This document shows positions 27,732-36,388 of a DNA stretch of 58,473 bases, one piece after another. Origin of the DNA: Nanobdellota archaeon (GTDB taxonomy: Archaea; Nanobdellota; Nanobdellia; SCGC-AAA011-G17; JAGVZF01). The number at the start of each line of letters is the position of its first letter. The stretch's first letter is position 1. A model generated the notes under the pieces. The model saw only the letters and a list, made by a program, of their open reading frames with translations. It did not search any database and had not been told where the DNA came from. A program made the position numbers and the translations under genes. The stretch lies in contig JBBSWI010000008.1 of assembly GCA_038046405.1 (NCBI GenBank), positions 60,939-119,411 on the forward strand. Direction: 5' to 3'.

Positions 27732-28040
27732 TCAGCTTAGGTCTATTGTCTTCGAGTTGAATCCAAGGTTTACTAATGCTTCTTTTGTTTTTGATGCGTG
27801 GTTGCCTTGCAGCTCTATTACGCTTTTCTTCACTGTACCGCCACAAGCAAGCTTGGACTTAAGCCTTTTTGCTATGTCCTTGATCTGGATGTCCGCTTCG
27901 TCCAAGCCTTCAACCAAGGTTATTTCCTTTCCAAAGCGTCTCTTGACAACCCTGATTCTGATTTGTTGCTCTTCCTTTGCTATGGTTTCACAAACACAAA
28001 GCTCTCTCTTCAGCCCGCATTTTGGGCATACATCATTCAT
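27732..28040 (-). CDS. translation initiation factor aSUI1 (eIF1)
   Basis: CPKCGL..ELCVC zinc knuckle, then IRIRVVKRRFGKEITLVEGLD. Confidence 0.85.
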   Translation of the reverse strand: MNDVCPKCGLKRELCVCETIAKEEQQIRIRVVKRRFGKEITLVEGLDEADIQIKDIAKRLKSKLACGGTVKKSVIELQGNHASKTKEALVNLGFNSKTIDLS

Positions 28041-28258
28041 ACTTTTTGCTTACCTCCTGTTGGTTTTTTTAAGCTCAATTGAAAATAAATTTTGGCTATT
28101 GTTCTCCGTATCTCTTTTATACGGCCTGACTTCTCGGGAATTGTGCCGACGGCTCTTTGCGAGTTTATCTTTAAGAGCTCTTTTTTAAGCTCATTCATCT
28201 TGTCTTTCAGTGATTTTTCATTCATCTGTTTTAGTTCAGTCTTCTTTATTATCGCCAT
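28037..28258 (-). CDS. rpl29: ribosomal protein uL29
   Basis: MAIIKKTELKQMNEKSLKDKMNELKKELLKINSQ. The long upstream extension of the ORF track was rejected because it overlaps the uS3 tail. Confidence 0.85.
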   Translation of the reverse strand: MAIIKKTELKQMNEKSLKDKMNELKKELLKINSQRAVGTIPEKSGRIKEIRRTIAKIYFQLSLKKPTGGKQKV

Positions 28259-29066
28259 TTTCTTCTTGAGTTTTAGTTTTTTCGCCGGATTCCTTTTCCT
28301 CTGCCTTCTTAAGCAGATCTTCCCTTGCCTTTTTCCTCTTCTCACTAGCATGCTTTTTCTCAGCTTTAGCTTCCTTATTTTCAGGCGCGTCTTCGGATTT
28401 TTCCGGAGCTTTTATTTCCAGCACTTCTTTTTCCGGAACAACTTCTATTTTTTTCGGTGCAGGAGTCTCGTTTTTTATTCTCATCTCATCAGGAAGCCTT
28501 ACGTCTGGCTTTAAAATCCTTACTTGAATCCCTACTGCTCCGGACCTTAAATGCGCTATTGCATAGCCCCTCTCAACGAAATTGTCTGAAATATCGCCGG
28601 ATTTTTTTAAGTAGCCTGCCTTGAAGCGCCATAACCTGGCTCTCTGACTTGGAACGCCTCTTCCGGAGATTACTATTTCTGCCCCGATGGCACCAGCGTC
28701 CATTATTTCCTGGAGTTTTTTGTAGCCAATCGACTTGAATCTCTTCGGGCCATACCTCTCAAAAATATGAACTATATTCTTTGCGATGAATCTTGAGTTT
28801 AAGTTTGGATTTTCTATTTCTGCAACTTCTACTTGCGGATTCTCAAGCTTGAATCTCTTCTTCAAGGTTTCTGCAAGTTCCCTGATATTGGAGCCTTCTC
28901 TTCCAACAATTAAGCCCGGCTTTGAAGTATATATCGTGATTTTCTCTCCTAATGGGGTTCTTTTTATCTCAGTATGACTATAACCAGCTTTGTCTAAAGT
29001 GCTTGCCATAAACTCTTCTATCTGGTATTCTTTTATCTTTCTCTGGATAAACTGTCGTTCAATCAT
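28236..29066 (-). CDS. rps3: ribosomal protein uS3 with a K/E-rich C-terminal tail
   Basis: KH domain ...GLIVGREGSNIRELAETLKKRF. The tail contains the repeat shared with eL32. Confidence 0.9.
   Translation of the reverse strand: MIERQFIQRKIKEYQIEEFMASTLDKAGYSHTEIKRTPLGEKITIYTSKPGLIVGREGSNIRELAETLKKRFKLENPQVEVAEIENPNLNSRFIAKNIVHIFERYGPKRFKSIGYKKLQEIMDAGAIGAEIVISGRGVPSQRARLWRFKAGYLKKSGDISDNFVERGYAIAHLRSGAVGIQVRILKPDVRLPDEMRIKNETPAPKKIEVVPEKEVLEIKAPEKSEDAPENKEAKAEKKHASEKRKKAREDLLKKAEEKESGEKTKTQEENGDNKED
28261..28364 (-). repeat. copy B of the roughly 104-nt K/E-tail module
   Basis: See 23414-23517. Same orientation and same reading frame (KAEKKH(A/V)SEKRKKAREDLLKKAEEKES(G/S)EKTKTQEE). Confidence 0.9.
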
Positions 29067-29509
29067 TTTTCTTCCTTCTCAATGGCTTTTATAAATATAT
29101 GGCAGCGCTTCATTCTCCTGCGCCTTTTCCTGCCAGGATGCCATGTGGCATTTCCCTTATTTGCCATGAATTCGCTTATTATTAACTTGTTAATGTCGAG
29201 GCTTTTGTTTTCTGCGTTAGCTTCCAGAGATTCGAGAAGCTTCAAGATTGCTTCCGAAGCCTTTACAGGAAATCTTCCTGCCGAAATTCCCGGCTTATGG
29301 CCCAGGTCGCGATTAAACCTCTTGAAAGGCACGGCTGTTTTCTTGGCTATCACGTTTTCTAGAATGATCTTTGATTTTTTAAAGTCTTTATTTTTTATGA
29401 AGTTCCCAATCTCTACTGAAAACTTCAATGACAATGGCAAATTAAAAGCCTTGACGCTGGCAAAATGTGCCTTGTCGCTTTCAATTTGAATATTATTTTT
29501 TTGCACCAT
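29063..29509 (-). CDS. rpl22: ribosomal protein uL22
   Basis: Operon position. ...HKPGISAGRFPVKA pattern. Confidence 0.85.
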   Translation of the reverse strand: MVQKNNIQIESDKAHFASVKAFNLPLSLKFSVEIGNFIKNKDFKKSKIILENVIAKKTAVPFKRFNRDLGHKPGISAGRFPVKASEAILKLLESLEANAENKSLDINKLIISEFMANKGNATWHPGRKRRRRMKRCHIFIKAIEKEEK

Positions 29510-29511
29510 TT

Positions 29512-29910
29512 TTATTTCACCGAGACGGCTGCGCTAGACCTTGTTGCGCCTATTCCTGGAGCTGAGTGCGCTACTCTTTGCCTATTATAGGTAAATTCAC
29601 CGAGATAATGGCCTATCATGTCTTCGTTTATCATTATGGGCATGAATTCCTTGCCGCGATGAATATGAATTACAATGCCGACCATTTCTGGGAGTATTAT
29701 CATATCACGAACTTGAGTTTTAATGGGCTTCTTCAATTTTCCGGACTTGAATTTCCTTATTTTTTCCAGCAATTTTTTTTGCTGGTCTGTAAAGCCGTGC
29801 CTTAATGAGCGTCGTGCCCTTGATGTTGTCAATCCCATGAAATCGTTAATTGACAGGCTTTGCAACTCCTGCAAGGTTTTTCCTTTATACATGAATTCCT
29901 TCTTGACCAT
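29512..29910 (-). CDS. rps19: ribosomal protein uS19
   Basis: ...YLGEFTYNRQRVAHSAPGIGATRSS. Confidence 0.9.
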   Translation of the reverse strand: MVKKEFMYKGKTLQELQSLSINDFMGLTTSRARRSLRHGFTDQQKKLLEKIRKFKSGKLKKPIKTQVRDMIILPEMVGIVIHIHRGKEFMPIMINEDMIGHYLGEFTYNRQRVAHSAPGIGATRSSAAVSVK

Positions 29911-29911
29911 T

Positions 29912-30637
29912 TTATTTCTTCCTTCCCGTTCTTCTGGCCCCTATCAGGCCGACTTTGGCTCCTGGAGGAGCGAATTTCGATGGTGTCTTTGGCTTTCCGA
30001 TATGCCTTCCACGCCCGGATCCGAATGGATGATCTACAGCGTTCATTGCAACTGCTGAAGTCCTTGGATATAATTTATTTCTTGACTTCATTGCATGATG
30101 TCTCTTTCCTGCTTTTACGAATGGCTTGTCTTTCCTTCCTGAACCTGCTAAAACGCCTATTGTGGCGCGGCACATTCCGTCTAGTTCTTTTAATTTCTTT
30201 GAAGGGAATTGAATAGTCACTTTGTTTTCTGTTTTTGATACTACAACTGCAGAGCATCCTGCAGCCCTTATAAACTTGCCACCATCACCAGGATTTTTCT
30301 CTATGTTATGAATTCGCATTCCTATTGGAATATTTATCAATGACAATATATTTCCTGTAGAAGGGTTTGCTTTTGATCCAGTTTCTATACTGCTGTTGGT
30401 GCTTATGCCTTCTGCTGCCAGCATATAATTTTTTTCACCGTTTTCATATTTTAATATCACTATAGGCGCAGAATGGCCAGAATCATGGACAATATCGAGA
30501 ACTTTTGCCGTCAACAATTCAGTTTTTTCTTTTAAATCATACGGCTTATAAGCGATTCTTCCTATATAGCGATGGCTAGGCGCCCTATACCTAGGACCGC
30601 CCCTTCCACGATGTTGTGCTATTATATTTTTTCCCAT
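29912..30637 (-). CDS. rpl2: ribosomal protein uL2
   Basis: MGKNIIAQHRGRGGPRYRAPSHRY and ...AMNAVDHPFGSGRG. Confidence 0.95.
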   Translation of the reverse strand: MGKNIIAQHRGRGGPRYRAPSHRYIGRIAYKPYDLKEKTELLTAKVLDIVHDSGHSAPIVILKYENGEKNYMLAAEGISTNSSIETGSKANPSTGNILSLINIPIGMRIHNIEKNPGDGGKFIRAAGCSAVVVSKTENKVTIQFPSKKLKELDGMCRATIGVLAGSGRKDKPFVKAGKRHHAMKSRNKLYPRTSAVAMNAVDHPFGSGRGRHIGKPKTPSKFAPPGAKVGLIGARRTGRKK

Positions 30638-30638
30638 T

Positions 30639-30899
30639 TTACATCAAACCTAGTTGTGTAGCTACGTCAATTGCTGGAGTTTCTACAGATAAAGTTATGT
30701 ATGCCTTTTTAATTCCCTTATTTGAAACCATTGTATTTATTTTAATTACATTGACTTTAAACAAGTTTTCCATGGCTTTCTTGATTTCTTTTTTTGTAGA
30801 CTTAAGTGATACTATAAATGTCAGTTTGTTCTCTGCTTCCATCAACCTTACAGATTTTTCTGTCGTTAACGGATATTTTATGATTTTGTAAGGATCCAT
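30639..30899 (-). CDS. rpl23: ribosomal protein uL23
   Basis: IIKYPLTTEKSVRLMEAENKLTFIV. Confidence 0.9.
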   Translation of the reverse strand: MDPYKIIKYPLTTEKSVRLMEAENKLTFIVSLKSTKKEIKKAMENLFKVNVIKINTMVSNKGIKKAYITLSVETPAIDVATQLGLM

Positions 30900-30902
30900 T
30901 TA

Positions 30903-31793
30903 TTAGCTCTCCTTCTTTACAGGCCTGCTTTTTTTATTTTCAGACTCTTTCCTTTCTTTTTTCTGCTGATTTTCTTTTGGTTTTTTGTTTAGTATGAACA
31001 GATTTTCGGATTTTAATCTTTCAATGGCAGCGTTGCTCCATATTACCAAGCGTCCTGGACTGCCTCCTGGGGCAAGCAAATATGCATTTAAGTTATGTAC
31101 ATTAGTAATTTCAAAACCTTGCAAGTTCTTTGCCGCATTAAACAATGCGCATTTTTTCGAGACGACAATTAACGGGCCAGTTTTCTTTAAGTATTTCCTG
31201 CCCCGGGTTTTTCCCCTGCCCGGCCTTATCTTCTTTTCCTGCAGCCTTTCCATTTCGTTCTTTAAACCTATCTTGGTTAGAATATTGACAAGATCTTTTG
31301 ACCTTGAGATTGTTTCTAGCTTTTCCTCAATGATTAAAGGAGCGTTAATGAATTTATGGCCTCTTGACTTGATAAGCTCGATATTAAGCGAGGCTGCAAT
31401 CGCACTCCTTATTGCTTTCCTGTTTTCCTTTTTGTTTATCTCTTTAAAGTATATTTTAGAGGACTTTGGAGGATGGGCCCTTCTTCCTCCCACTGTTCCG
31501 GGAGCAAAAGCGCCTATCCACACCATTTGGGAGCCTCTTCTCGAAACTATCTTGCGAGGCGCCCTTGATATTCCACGACCGTATGTTGCCTTAAAATCAC
31601 GCCGTCTTCTTGAAAGATTTGCGTACTGGCGCATTCCGGCGCCCCTAAAAGCACCATAGGATTGCCTGAATGAGCTTTGGATTGAAATAAAAGCCCTTCT
31701 TATTAAGTCTGGCCTTATTTCTTCATTAAATTGTTCGGGAAGTTCTACTGACGCAACTTTATTTGCCTGCAAGTCTAGAATGTCTGCTTTCAT
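30903..31793 (-). CDS. rpl4: ribosomal protein uL4 with a K-rich tail
   Basis: Archaeal L4/L1e pattern ...RRGSQMVWIGAFAPGTVGGRRAHPPK. Confidence 0.9.
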   Translation of the reverse strand: MKADILDLQANKVASVELPEQFNEEIRPDLIRRAFISIQSSFRQSYGAFRGAGMRQYANLSRRRRDFKATYGRGISRAPRKIVSRRGSQMVWIGAFAPGTVGGRRAHPPKSSKIYFKEINKKENRKAIRSAIAASLNIELIKSRGHKFINAPLIIEEKLETISRSKDLVNILTKIGLKNEMERLQEKKIRPGRGKTRGRKYLKKTGPLIVVSKKCALFNAAKNLQGFEITNVHNLNAYLLAPGGSPGRLVIWSNAAIERLKSENLFILNKKPKENQQKKERKESENKKSRPVKKES

Positions 31794-32764
31794 TGTTTAG
31801 ATTCCACGCTTATATAGTTAATATCTATCGGAGAAAATTTACTGGCCCTGAAAGACTCCGTAAGCCTGATTAATCTTTTTTGAGGGCCAGGAACAGAGCC
31901 TCTTATCAATAGGAAGTCTGATTTTACCAAGCCATAATGGGGGAAGCCATCCTTCGGATTTATTTTTTCAGGAGCAGAGCTTATCTCTATAATTTGCTTA
32001 TCATATTCGGTTCGGTTATGGAAACCCATCTGGCCTTTTTGAGGGATTCTGAAAGAAACTTTCTTTGGTGTCCATGCTCCAAGATTTCCTGCTGAACGCC
32101 TTTTTTTCTCTGACTTGTGGCTTTTTAGAGTTACTCCAAACCTTTTTACCGCGCCCTGCAAACCTTTGCCCTTTGTCACTGAATGTATGTCTATAAATTG
32201 TCCTGCCTTGAAAATTTCATGTATTCTTATTTCCTTGTCGAGAAGGTTTTTTGCATATTCATACTGCTCTTTGGCATTATTTCCTGACAAAGCAATTTCA
32301 AAAATTTCAGGAGTTTTCTTTAATTTTATTAATCTTGGTTGTGTATACAGGCAGAGCCTTACTTCTGAGCTTTGTTCAAGAAAAGAGCCTATGTTTTTTT
32401 CCTTGTTTTTTTTAAAAATCTTGATTTTCCTGCCAAGATACTTTTCAAATTTTGAAGCGAGAATTTCTGAAATGACACTTAAGCCCTTATCTGTTTTTTT
32501 ATAAAACCTTATTGAATATGCCTTTAATGGAGGGCATTCAATTACTGTTACTGGAATGAAAACATTCTCGTTCTTTGTCGGAGAATTAGGATTTGTGTCT
32601 TTTGAAAGAATATGAGTCATGCCCGCCTTATAGCCGGCAAACCCCAGAAGCTTTAAGTCTTTTACGTTTCTATACCAAGACCTTATTCTTGGATAGATTC
32701 TTTTAGCTCGAACTCTATGCCAGTACTGCATGCTTCCTGATCTAGGACTGTGTGCTCTTGCCAT
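31790..32764 (-). CDS. rpl3: ribosomal protein uL3
   Basis: HSPRSGSMQYWHRVRA...GYKAGMTHI. Confidence 0.95.
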   Translation of the reverse strand: MARAHSPRSGSMQYWHRVRAKRIYPRIRSWYRNVKDLKLLGFAGYKAGMTHILSKDTNPNSPTKNENVFIPVTVIECPPLKAYSIRFYKKTDKGLSVISEILASKFEKYLGRKIKIFKKNKEKNIGSFLEQSSEVRLCLYTQPRLIKLKKTPEIFEIALSGNNAKEQYEYAKNLLDKEIRIHEIFKAGQFIDIHSVTKGKGLQGAVKRFGVTLKSHKSEKKRRSAGNLGAWTPKKVSFRIPQKGQMGFHNRTEYDKQIIEISSAPEKINPKDGFPHYGLVKSDFLLIRGSVPGPQKRLIRLTESFRASKFSPIDINYISVESKQ

Positions 32765-32925
32765 TTTTTATTTCAACTTCAAATCTTTGATTTATAAACT
32801 TTTCTAGGTTTTTTTCTAGAATCAGATAGCTAATAAGGAATATGTCCTCTTTCAGATCAGTAGGGTGAATTAAAAAGAAAATCAGACATTTATAAACATA
32901 TCGTTTTTAATTCCATTTTATTTTC

Positions 32926-32942
32926 CGAAAGGGTTAAATAAT
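32926..32942 (+). promoter_or_regulatory. putative BRE/TATA (cgaaaggg-TTAAATAAT) for the histone gene
   Basis: Lies about 45 nt upstream of the ATG at 32983, leaving a short leader that carries the GAGGTG SD (32972-32977). Confidence 0.3.
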
Positions 32943-32982
32943 AGCTTCAAGCTTAGAATAACAAAATAATTGAGGTGCTTTT

Positions 32983-33192
32983 ATGACAAGAGAAAACATT
33001 TTGCCTTTGGCTGCAATGGAGAAATTGCTGAAGAAAGCAGGCGCTGCAAGGGTAAGCGAGGACGCGAAGGAAGCCTTAAGAACTGTCCTTGAGGAAAAGG
33101 CCCATGAGATAGGCGAGAAAGCAGCGAAGTTTGCGGCACATTCTGGAAGAACTACGGTTAAATCAGCTGACGTAAATCTTGCGAAAAAATGA
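32983..33192 (+). CDS. archaeal histone (HMf family)
   Basis: LPLAAMEKLLKKAGAARVSEDAKEAL...AAKFAAHSGRTTVKSADVNLA histone fold. Confidence 0.9.
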   Translation: MTRENILPLAAMEKLLKKAGAARVSEDAKEALRTVLEEKAHEIGEKAAKFAAHSGRTTVKSADVNLAKK

Positions 33193-33647
33193 TTCTTTTA
33201 AAGGATATTTTAATCACAATATATATACAACTAATATTCATAAGTATAGCTTTTTGGGAATCCTATATAGAAGGCTATAATGCTTGGGCAACCGGAAAGA
33301 GGGGATGGAAAATAAGGATAGATTTCCTTAAAAAGGAACCATTGACAGCATACCACTTATTTTTGTATGTGATAACAATCCCATTGTTTTTAATGCTCCC
33401 ATTTATTGTTTTTGGGTTCAATACGCATCTTTTTTTGCTTATAGTCGCAAATTATTTTCTTGGATTGGTTGTAGAGGATTTTTTGTGGTTTGTAGTTAAT
33501 CCCGTCTGGGGTGGCTTAAGAAATTTCAATTCAAAAAAAGTATATTGGCACAGGTTCTTTAAAATTGGAAAATTTGAGATACCAGACTTCTATGCATTTT
33601 TTCTACTATTTTTTCTGCTGATATTGACTTTGATTTATATTAAGTGA
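33189..33647 (+). CDS. hypothetical integral membrane protein
   Basis: 4-5 hydrophobic segments. Its start overlaps the histone stop (ATGA). Confidence 0.6.
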   Translation: MILLKDILITIYIQLIFISIAFWESYIEGYNAWATGKRGWKIRIDFLKKEPLTAYHLFLYVITIPLFLMLPFIVFGFNTHLFLLIVANYFLGLVVEDFLWFVVNPVWGGLRNFNSKKVYWHRFFKIGKFEIPDFYAFFLLFFLLILTLIYIK

Positions 33648-34578
33648 ATGGTATCATAAAATATACCAACCTCTTTTCATATAATTTATTAATGATCTTT
33701 ATAAAATATTTTAATAAATCTAGCTTAAGCAGCTTATTTCCAATGTTTATTAGGACACCATCATCAGGGAATCTTTCACATTTAAAATTTACTGCACCAG
33801 TATTTTCCTTAAATTTTTGATATCCTGTACCACTAATTCCTAGGCCCAAATGTACGTTTAAGCCTTTCGAACAAGCATACTTGATAATTTCGTCATACAA
33901 TTTATTATTTGCCCTATACTTAAAAAAATCAGTCTTAGACCCTGCAAATGATAAATAAATATTATCTTTATACTCTGCTCCTAAACCGTAAGATACTGGT
34001 TCATCTTCAAAATAAACAATGAACAATACTGAACCTTTAAGTTTGATATAATCTTCAAAAAATGATTTTGGCAATATAAAAGAATTAAGTCTATCCACTT
34101 GCGATTGGTATATGAAATAGACTGTATCTAATGGGGATAAATCCTCTTTGAGAATCTTGCATGTTAAACCGTATTTTTTCGACTGTCTGACACCCTCTTT
34201 GAATGAGTGTTTATAATCTTTAATCGCATCTTCATATTTTTTTTGAAATATTATTGAGTACTCGATAATTGATTTCTTTTCAGCTGTTGAATTATTTATG
34301 TTTAATACTCGCATAAATGATATTTTATTGCATATAAAAAAGTCACATATATCATTGTTATAATTGCTAATTGAAATATTCTTGTTATTCAATAAATAAA
34401 AATGACCGTCTTCCGTAGTTACATTAGACAACTCAACATTGCTATTTTTACTACAAAATTCTGCAAATTCCTTGGAAAGATAGAAATTATTTTTGAAAGC
34501 TCCTTCAAAGTTGTCTTTCGAGCTTACAGACCCTTCATCTTTTTCGAGACGTCTATATTGTTTTTGCATTTGCTGCAT
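33640..34578 (-). CDS. FemAB-like / GNAT-fold acyltransferase (Acetyltransf_6-like)
   Basis: The C-terminal half ...VLFIVYFEDEPVSYGLGAEYKDNIYLSFAGSKTDFFKYRANNKLYDEIIKYACSKGLNVHLGLG fits the FemAB/BioF2-like acetyltransferase pattern. Confidence 0.5.
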   Translation of the reverse strand: MQQMQKQYRRLEKDEGSVSSKDNFEGAFKNNFYLSKEFAEFCSKNSNVELSNVTTEDGHFYLLNNKNISISNYNNDICDFFICNKISFMRVLNINNSTAEKKSIIEYSIIFQKKYEDAIKDYKHSFKEGVRQSKKYGLTCKILKEDLSPLDTVYFIYQSQVDRLNSFILPKSFFEDYIKLKGSVLFIVYFEDEPVSYGLGAEYKDNIYLSFAGSKTDFFKYRANNKLYDEIIKYACSKGLNVHLGLGISGTGYQKFKENTGAVNFKCERFPDDGVLINIGNKLLKLDLLKYFIKIINKLYEKRLVYFMIPFT

Positions 34579-34940
34579 TGGAACCTTAATACCTCTACAG
34601 ACTTTTTTTTCCCAGACTCTTCGTTAATGATTTGGACTTTTTTCCTTTTGAATTGTATTACAGATTCACCTTTGTTGCCGCAACTAGGACATTCGTAGAC
34701 TGCCTCTGCATTCAAAGTCTGCTCATATTCCTCTTCTGGCATGGAAAAATGGCAGGATTCGCAGACATATTCCGTTGCCCTTATTTTTACCTTGCCCTTA
34801 TTATCTTTCGGCTTAGACATTAAAGACTTGTTGCATTTAGGGCATTTCTGCTTATATGCCCATGCTTTTACTTTGCCTTTGCCAATAATCCTGTTGGTAA
34901 AATATATGCATTGGGCCGTTGATGTAGGCTCTGTAACCAT
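34524..34940 (-). CDS. double zinc-ribbon protein, hypothetical
   Basis: Four CxxC pairs: CPKC, CESC, CPSC, CSKC. Confidence 0.6.
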   Translation of the reverse strand: MVTEPTSTAQCIYFTNRIIGKGKVKAWAYKQKCPKCNKSLMSKPKDNKGKVKIRATEYVCESCHFSMPEEEYEQTLNAEAVYECPSCGNKGESVIQFKRKKVQIINEESGKKKSVEVLRFQCSKCKNNIDVSKKMKGL

Positions 34941-34993
34941 AAATCAATATTGTAACAGATGTATTTAAATATTTTTTCCTATTGTTGTTTTTT

Positions 34994-35359
34994 ATGACAA
35001 CAAAAAAGAATTTAGAGCATTATACCTTGAAATTAGGCGCTGGAAAGCATTTAGGGCCATCTGCTGCACAAAAGTTTTATTTTAGAGTACATGCTTCCAA
35101 TGATTCTTTTTTGATAGGACAATCTCATGCAGAATCCCTTTTATTTTTAGCGTATTTGACCTGTAAGGTGGTTCATAAGGATGATTCTTCTAAAGCCGAC
35201 ACTATTAATGTGAGGAATTTGGAAGATTGTTTTAATTATGAACCGTTAACTAGCAAGGAGCTGAACGATTTCAAGGAACACATTTCTGGGTTAGAGGCAA
35301 AATATAATTATGGCTTGCATTTTAATTTTGATGATTACCAAACAAGACACAACAAATAA
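34994..35359 (+). CDS. hypothetical protein
   Basis: ORF with an ATG at 34994 (the track starts at a TTG at 34982). No motif recognised. Confidence 0.45.
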   Translation: MTTKKNLEHYTLKLGAGKHLGPSAAQKFYFRVHASNDSFLIGQSHAESLLFLAYLTCKVVHKDDSSKADTINVRNLEDCFNYEPLTSKELNDFKEHISGLEAKYNYGLHFNFDDYQTRHNK

Positions 35360-35415
35360 ATTTTTAAACTGCTTAATTCTGATGTTATTTTACAGCCCCG
35401 TGGTGTAGCGGCCAA

Positions 35416-35438
35416 ATTTTTCATTGGAAGAAGGCTAG
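35416..35438 (+). other. 23-nt D-loop intron of tRNA-Gln (between D-loop ...GGCCAA and D-stem 3' strand GCAT)
   Basis: BHB layout: central helix GGCC/GGCU, bulge AAA, inner helix UUUUUC/GAAGAA with loop AUUG, second bulge AG(G). Confidence 0.7.
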
Positions 35439-35454
35439 GCATTACAGGCTCTGG

Positions 35455-35471
35455 AATTTAAATATGAAGAA
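35455..35471 (+). other. roughly 17-nt intron at the canonical 37/38 position of tRNA-Gln
   Basis: The insert lies between CTCTGG and A-CCTGT. It is AT-rich and only a weak BHB can be drawn. Confidence 0.55.
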
Positions 35472-35519
35472 ACCTGTCGACCCAGGTTCGAATCCTGGCG
35501 GGGCTATTTTAAATCTAAG

Positions 35520-36356
35520 ATGATGCAAGAAAAAAACCTAAAAACTTTTGACGGGATGAATGTAAAATATTGGGTTTTAAAACAAAAAACAGGCAAGCCA
35601 TCATTATTCTTCATACATGGCTTGGGTGGAAATTCTACAGCTTGGACAAATATCATTAAAATAATGTCCAAAAACGGATTCTCTACAACTAAAATAGACT
35701 TAAGGGGCCATGGAAAAAGCGACAAACCTCTTAAGAAAACTTATTATTCTATAGACAACATGGCCAGGGATGTTTATGACATAATCAAGAATGAGAAACT
35801 AAAGAATGTTGTTTTTGTAGTGCACTCCTTTGGTGGATATGTGGCTTATAGGTATATAGCTAGGAACTACAGCGAAATAAAAAAAGTAGTTTTATGCAAT
35901 TCACCCCATACAAAGCCATTTAAGTACAGCCCAAGTTTTTTGCTGAGAAAATTCTACTGGGTAATGCTGCCCTTTATATGGGTTATATCCAAATCCATTT
36001 TTTATGACAACAGAAATTATGAATATCCCATTTACTCAGATTTAAAGGAGCTTTCTGAATTCAAACTAATACTAAAAGACATTTCAGGAATGCCATTTAA
36101 AGTTTATCTCTGGAACTACATGCTGCTTTTTAAAAATAATTCAGACATAGAAAAAATTTCAAAAATGAAAATTCCATTTTTGCTCATAACTTCTTACGAG
36201 GATTCATTCCTGTCTTACAAGTCTTTGGAAGAATTGTCAAAGATGTTAAAAAACTCAAAACTGAGAATAATCAAGGGCTGCGACCACGAAACTATACTAA
36301 GAAAGCCTAAAGAGGTTTCTGAATATATACTGAACTTCCTCAAAAAAACTGGTTAA
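35520..36356 (+). CDS. alpha/beta hydrolase
   Basis: FFIHGLGGNSTAW oxyanion region, nucleophile elbow VVHSFGG, C-terminal ..GCDHE. Confidence 0.85.
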   Translation: MMQEKNLKTFDGMNVKYWVLKQKTGKPSLFFIHGLGGNSTAWTNIIKIMSKNGFSTTKIDLRGHGKSDKPLKKTYYSIDNMARDVYDIIKNEKLKNVVFVVHSFGGYVAYRYIARNYSEIKKVVLCNSPHTKPFKYSPSFLLRKFYWVMLPFIWVISKSIFYDNRNYEYPIYSDLKELSEFKLILKDISGMPFKVYLWNYMLLFKNNSDIEKISKMKIPFLLITSYEDSFLSYKSLEELSKMLKNSKLRIIKGCDHETILRKPKEVSEYILNFLKKTG

Positions 36357-36388
36357 CTTTATAAACCAAGTAATTTCAATATTTTTGA

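Larger units (their letters stand above)
35394..35506 (+). tRNA. tRNA-Gln (anticodon CTG) with two introns (D-loop and anticodon loop)
   Basis: A1:U72 acceptor AGCCCCG/CGGGGCT (typical of archaeal tRNA-Gln); D-stem GTGT/GCAT; anticodon stem ACAGG/CCTGT; loop CTCTGG..A; T-arm CCAGG-TTCGAAT-CCTGG. 113 nt in total, 73 nt after removing 23 and 17 nt. Confidence 0.8.

Noticed and set aside
28259-28351. Long N-terminal extension of the uL29 ORF (MLVRRGKRQGKICLRRQRKR...)
   Set aside because: It is an out-of-frame reading of the uS3 K/E tail. The conserved uL29 sequence begins at the ATG at 28258.
19153-32764. Dozens of 60-170-aa plus-strand ORFs in the track, antisense to the ribosomal protein/secY operon (for example 25143-25652, 26688-27188, 30985-31659)
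   Set aside because: They lie entirely opposite well-recognised conserved genes, have low-complexity or Phe/Leu/Ser-rich translations typical of antisense AT-rich frames, and lack SD sites.
35394-35506. A1:U72 acceptor pair suggesting an initiator tRNA-Met
   Set aside because: The anticodon loop reads CUCUGGA (CUG). A1:U72 is also characteristic of archaeal tRNA-Gln.
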